64,000 nucleotides of DNA, from NCBI GenBank assembly GCA_004299555.1, contig SCQU01000028.1, forward strand, positions 5,375-69,374, given 5' to 3'. The DNA is from Rhodanobacteraceae bacterium (lineage in GTDB: Bacteria > Pseudomonadota > Gammaproteobacteria > Xanthomonadales > Rhodanobacteraceae). Below are positions 63,933-64,000 of this stretch, in pieces (within the stretch, counting starts at the first letter, position 1; each line of letters opens with the position of its first letter). The notes beneath the pieces were generated by a model that made no database searches, was not told the DNA's origin, and was given only the letters and a program-made list of their open reading frames with translations. The position numbers and the translations under genes were made by a program.

Positions 63933-64000
63933 TCAGTGCTCGCCCAGCCGCGGCAGCAACCCCACCAGGTTGCAGGGCCGCGTGCGTGCGTCCAGTTGTG
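63933..64000 (-). CDS. 3' end of an unidentified gene running off the window
   Basis: The minus-strand frame reads ...LDARTRPCNLVGLLPRLGEH*. TGA is the complement of 63933-63935. 19 of 20 third positions are G/C. The fragment is too short to name. Confidence 0.3.
   Translation of the reverse strand, partial: QLDARTRPCNLVGLLPRLGEH

Overview
The window is a very GC-rich chromosomal segment; third codon positions are almost all G/C. Gene order and repeat types point to a gammaproteobacterium of the Xanthomonadales/Lysobacterales type. That assignment is an inference, because no search was run. I can support about 60 protein genes, one tRNA-Val(CAC) and several repeat families.

Most of the window consists of conserved housekeeping blocks:
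- mutY, an AsmA-like gene and ftsY, divergent from rsmD-coaD
- lepA-lepB-DUF4845-rnc-era-recO
- rlmD
- a split metH behind a SahR-like ArsR/methyltransferase regulator
- lptD-surA-pdxA-rsmA-apaG-apaH
- pepP-like, then pyrG-kdsA-eno-ftsB-surE-pcm
- a DesK/NarL-type two-component pair
- queA-tgt
- a wrbA-DUF2069-acyl-CoA dehydrogenase operon
- yihY-tlpA-acyP

The more accessory or unusual content is:
1. An edge-truncated tandem AAA+ ATPase followed by what looks like an ISL3 transposase relic.
2. A translationally coupled patatin-like hydrolase, acetoacetate decarboxylase and 3-hydroxybutyrate dehydrogenase operon.
3. A thiol/peroxide/copper cluster: an AhpD-like protein, a GST, a CysK-like protein, a periplasmic catalase-related protein, a His/Cys-rich secreted protein, a Tat multicopper oxidase and a fatty-acid hydroxylase.
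4. A YdbH-like intermembrane lipid-transport gene followed by a lipoprotein that seems to combine a YnbE-like N-terminus with a YdbL/DUF1318 domain, then a DegV fatty-acid-binding protein. The cluster is divergent from an orphan REC-Hpt protein. This is my best candidate for something not yet described.
5. Structured REP/MITE-like repeats, and a 42-bp x 4.4 tandem array downstream of tgt.

I see no CRISPR array, no rRNA, no intact mobile element and no recognisable defence system. All product calls rest on motifs read from the ORF translations and on memory of protein families; no database search was possible. The many long ORFs antisense to real genes are treated as GC artefacts.
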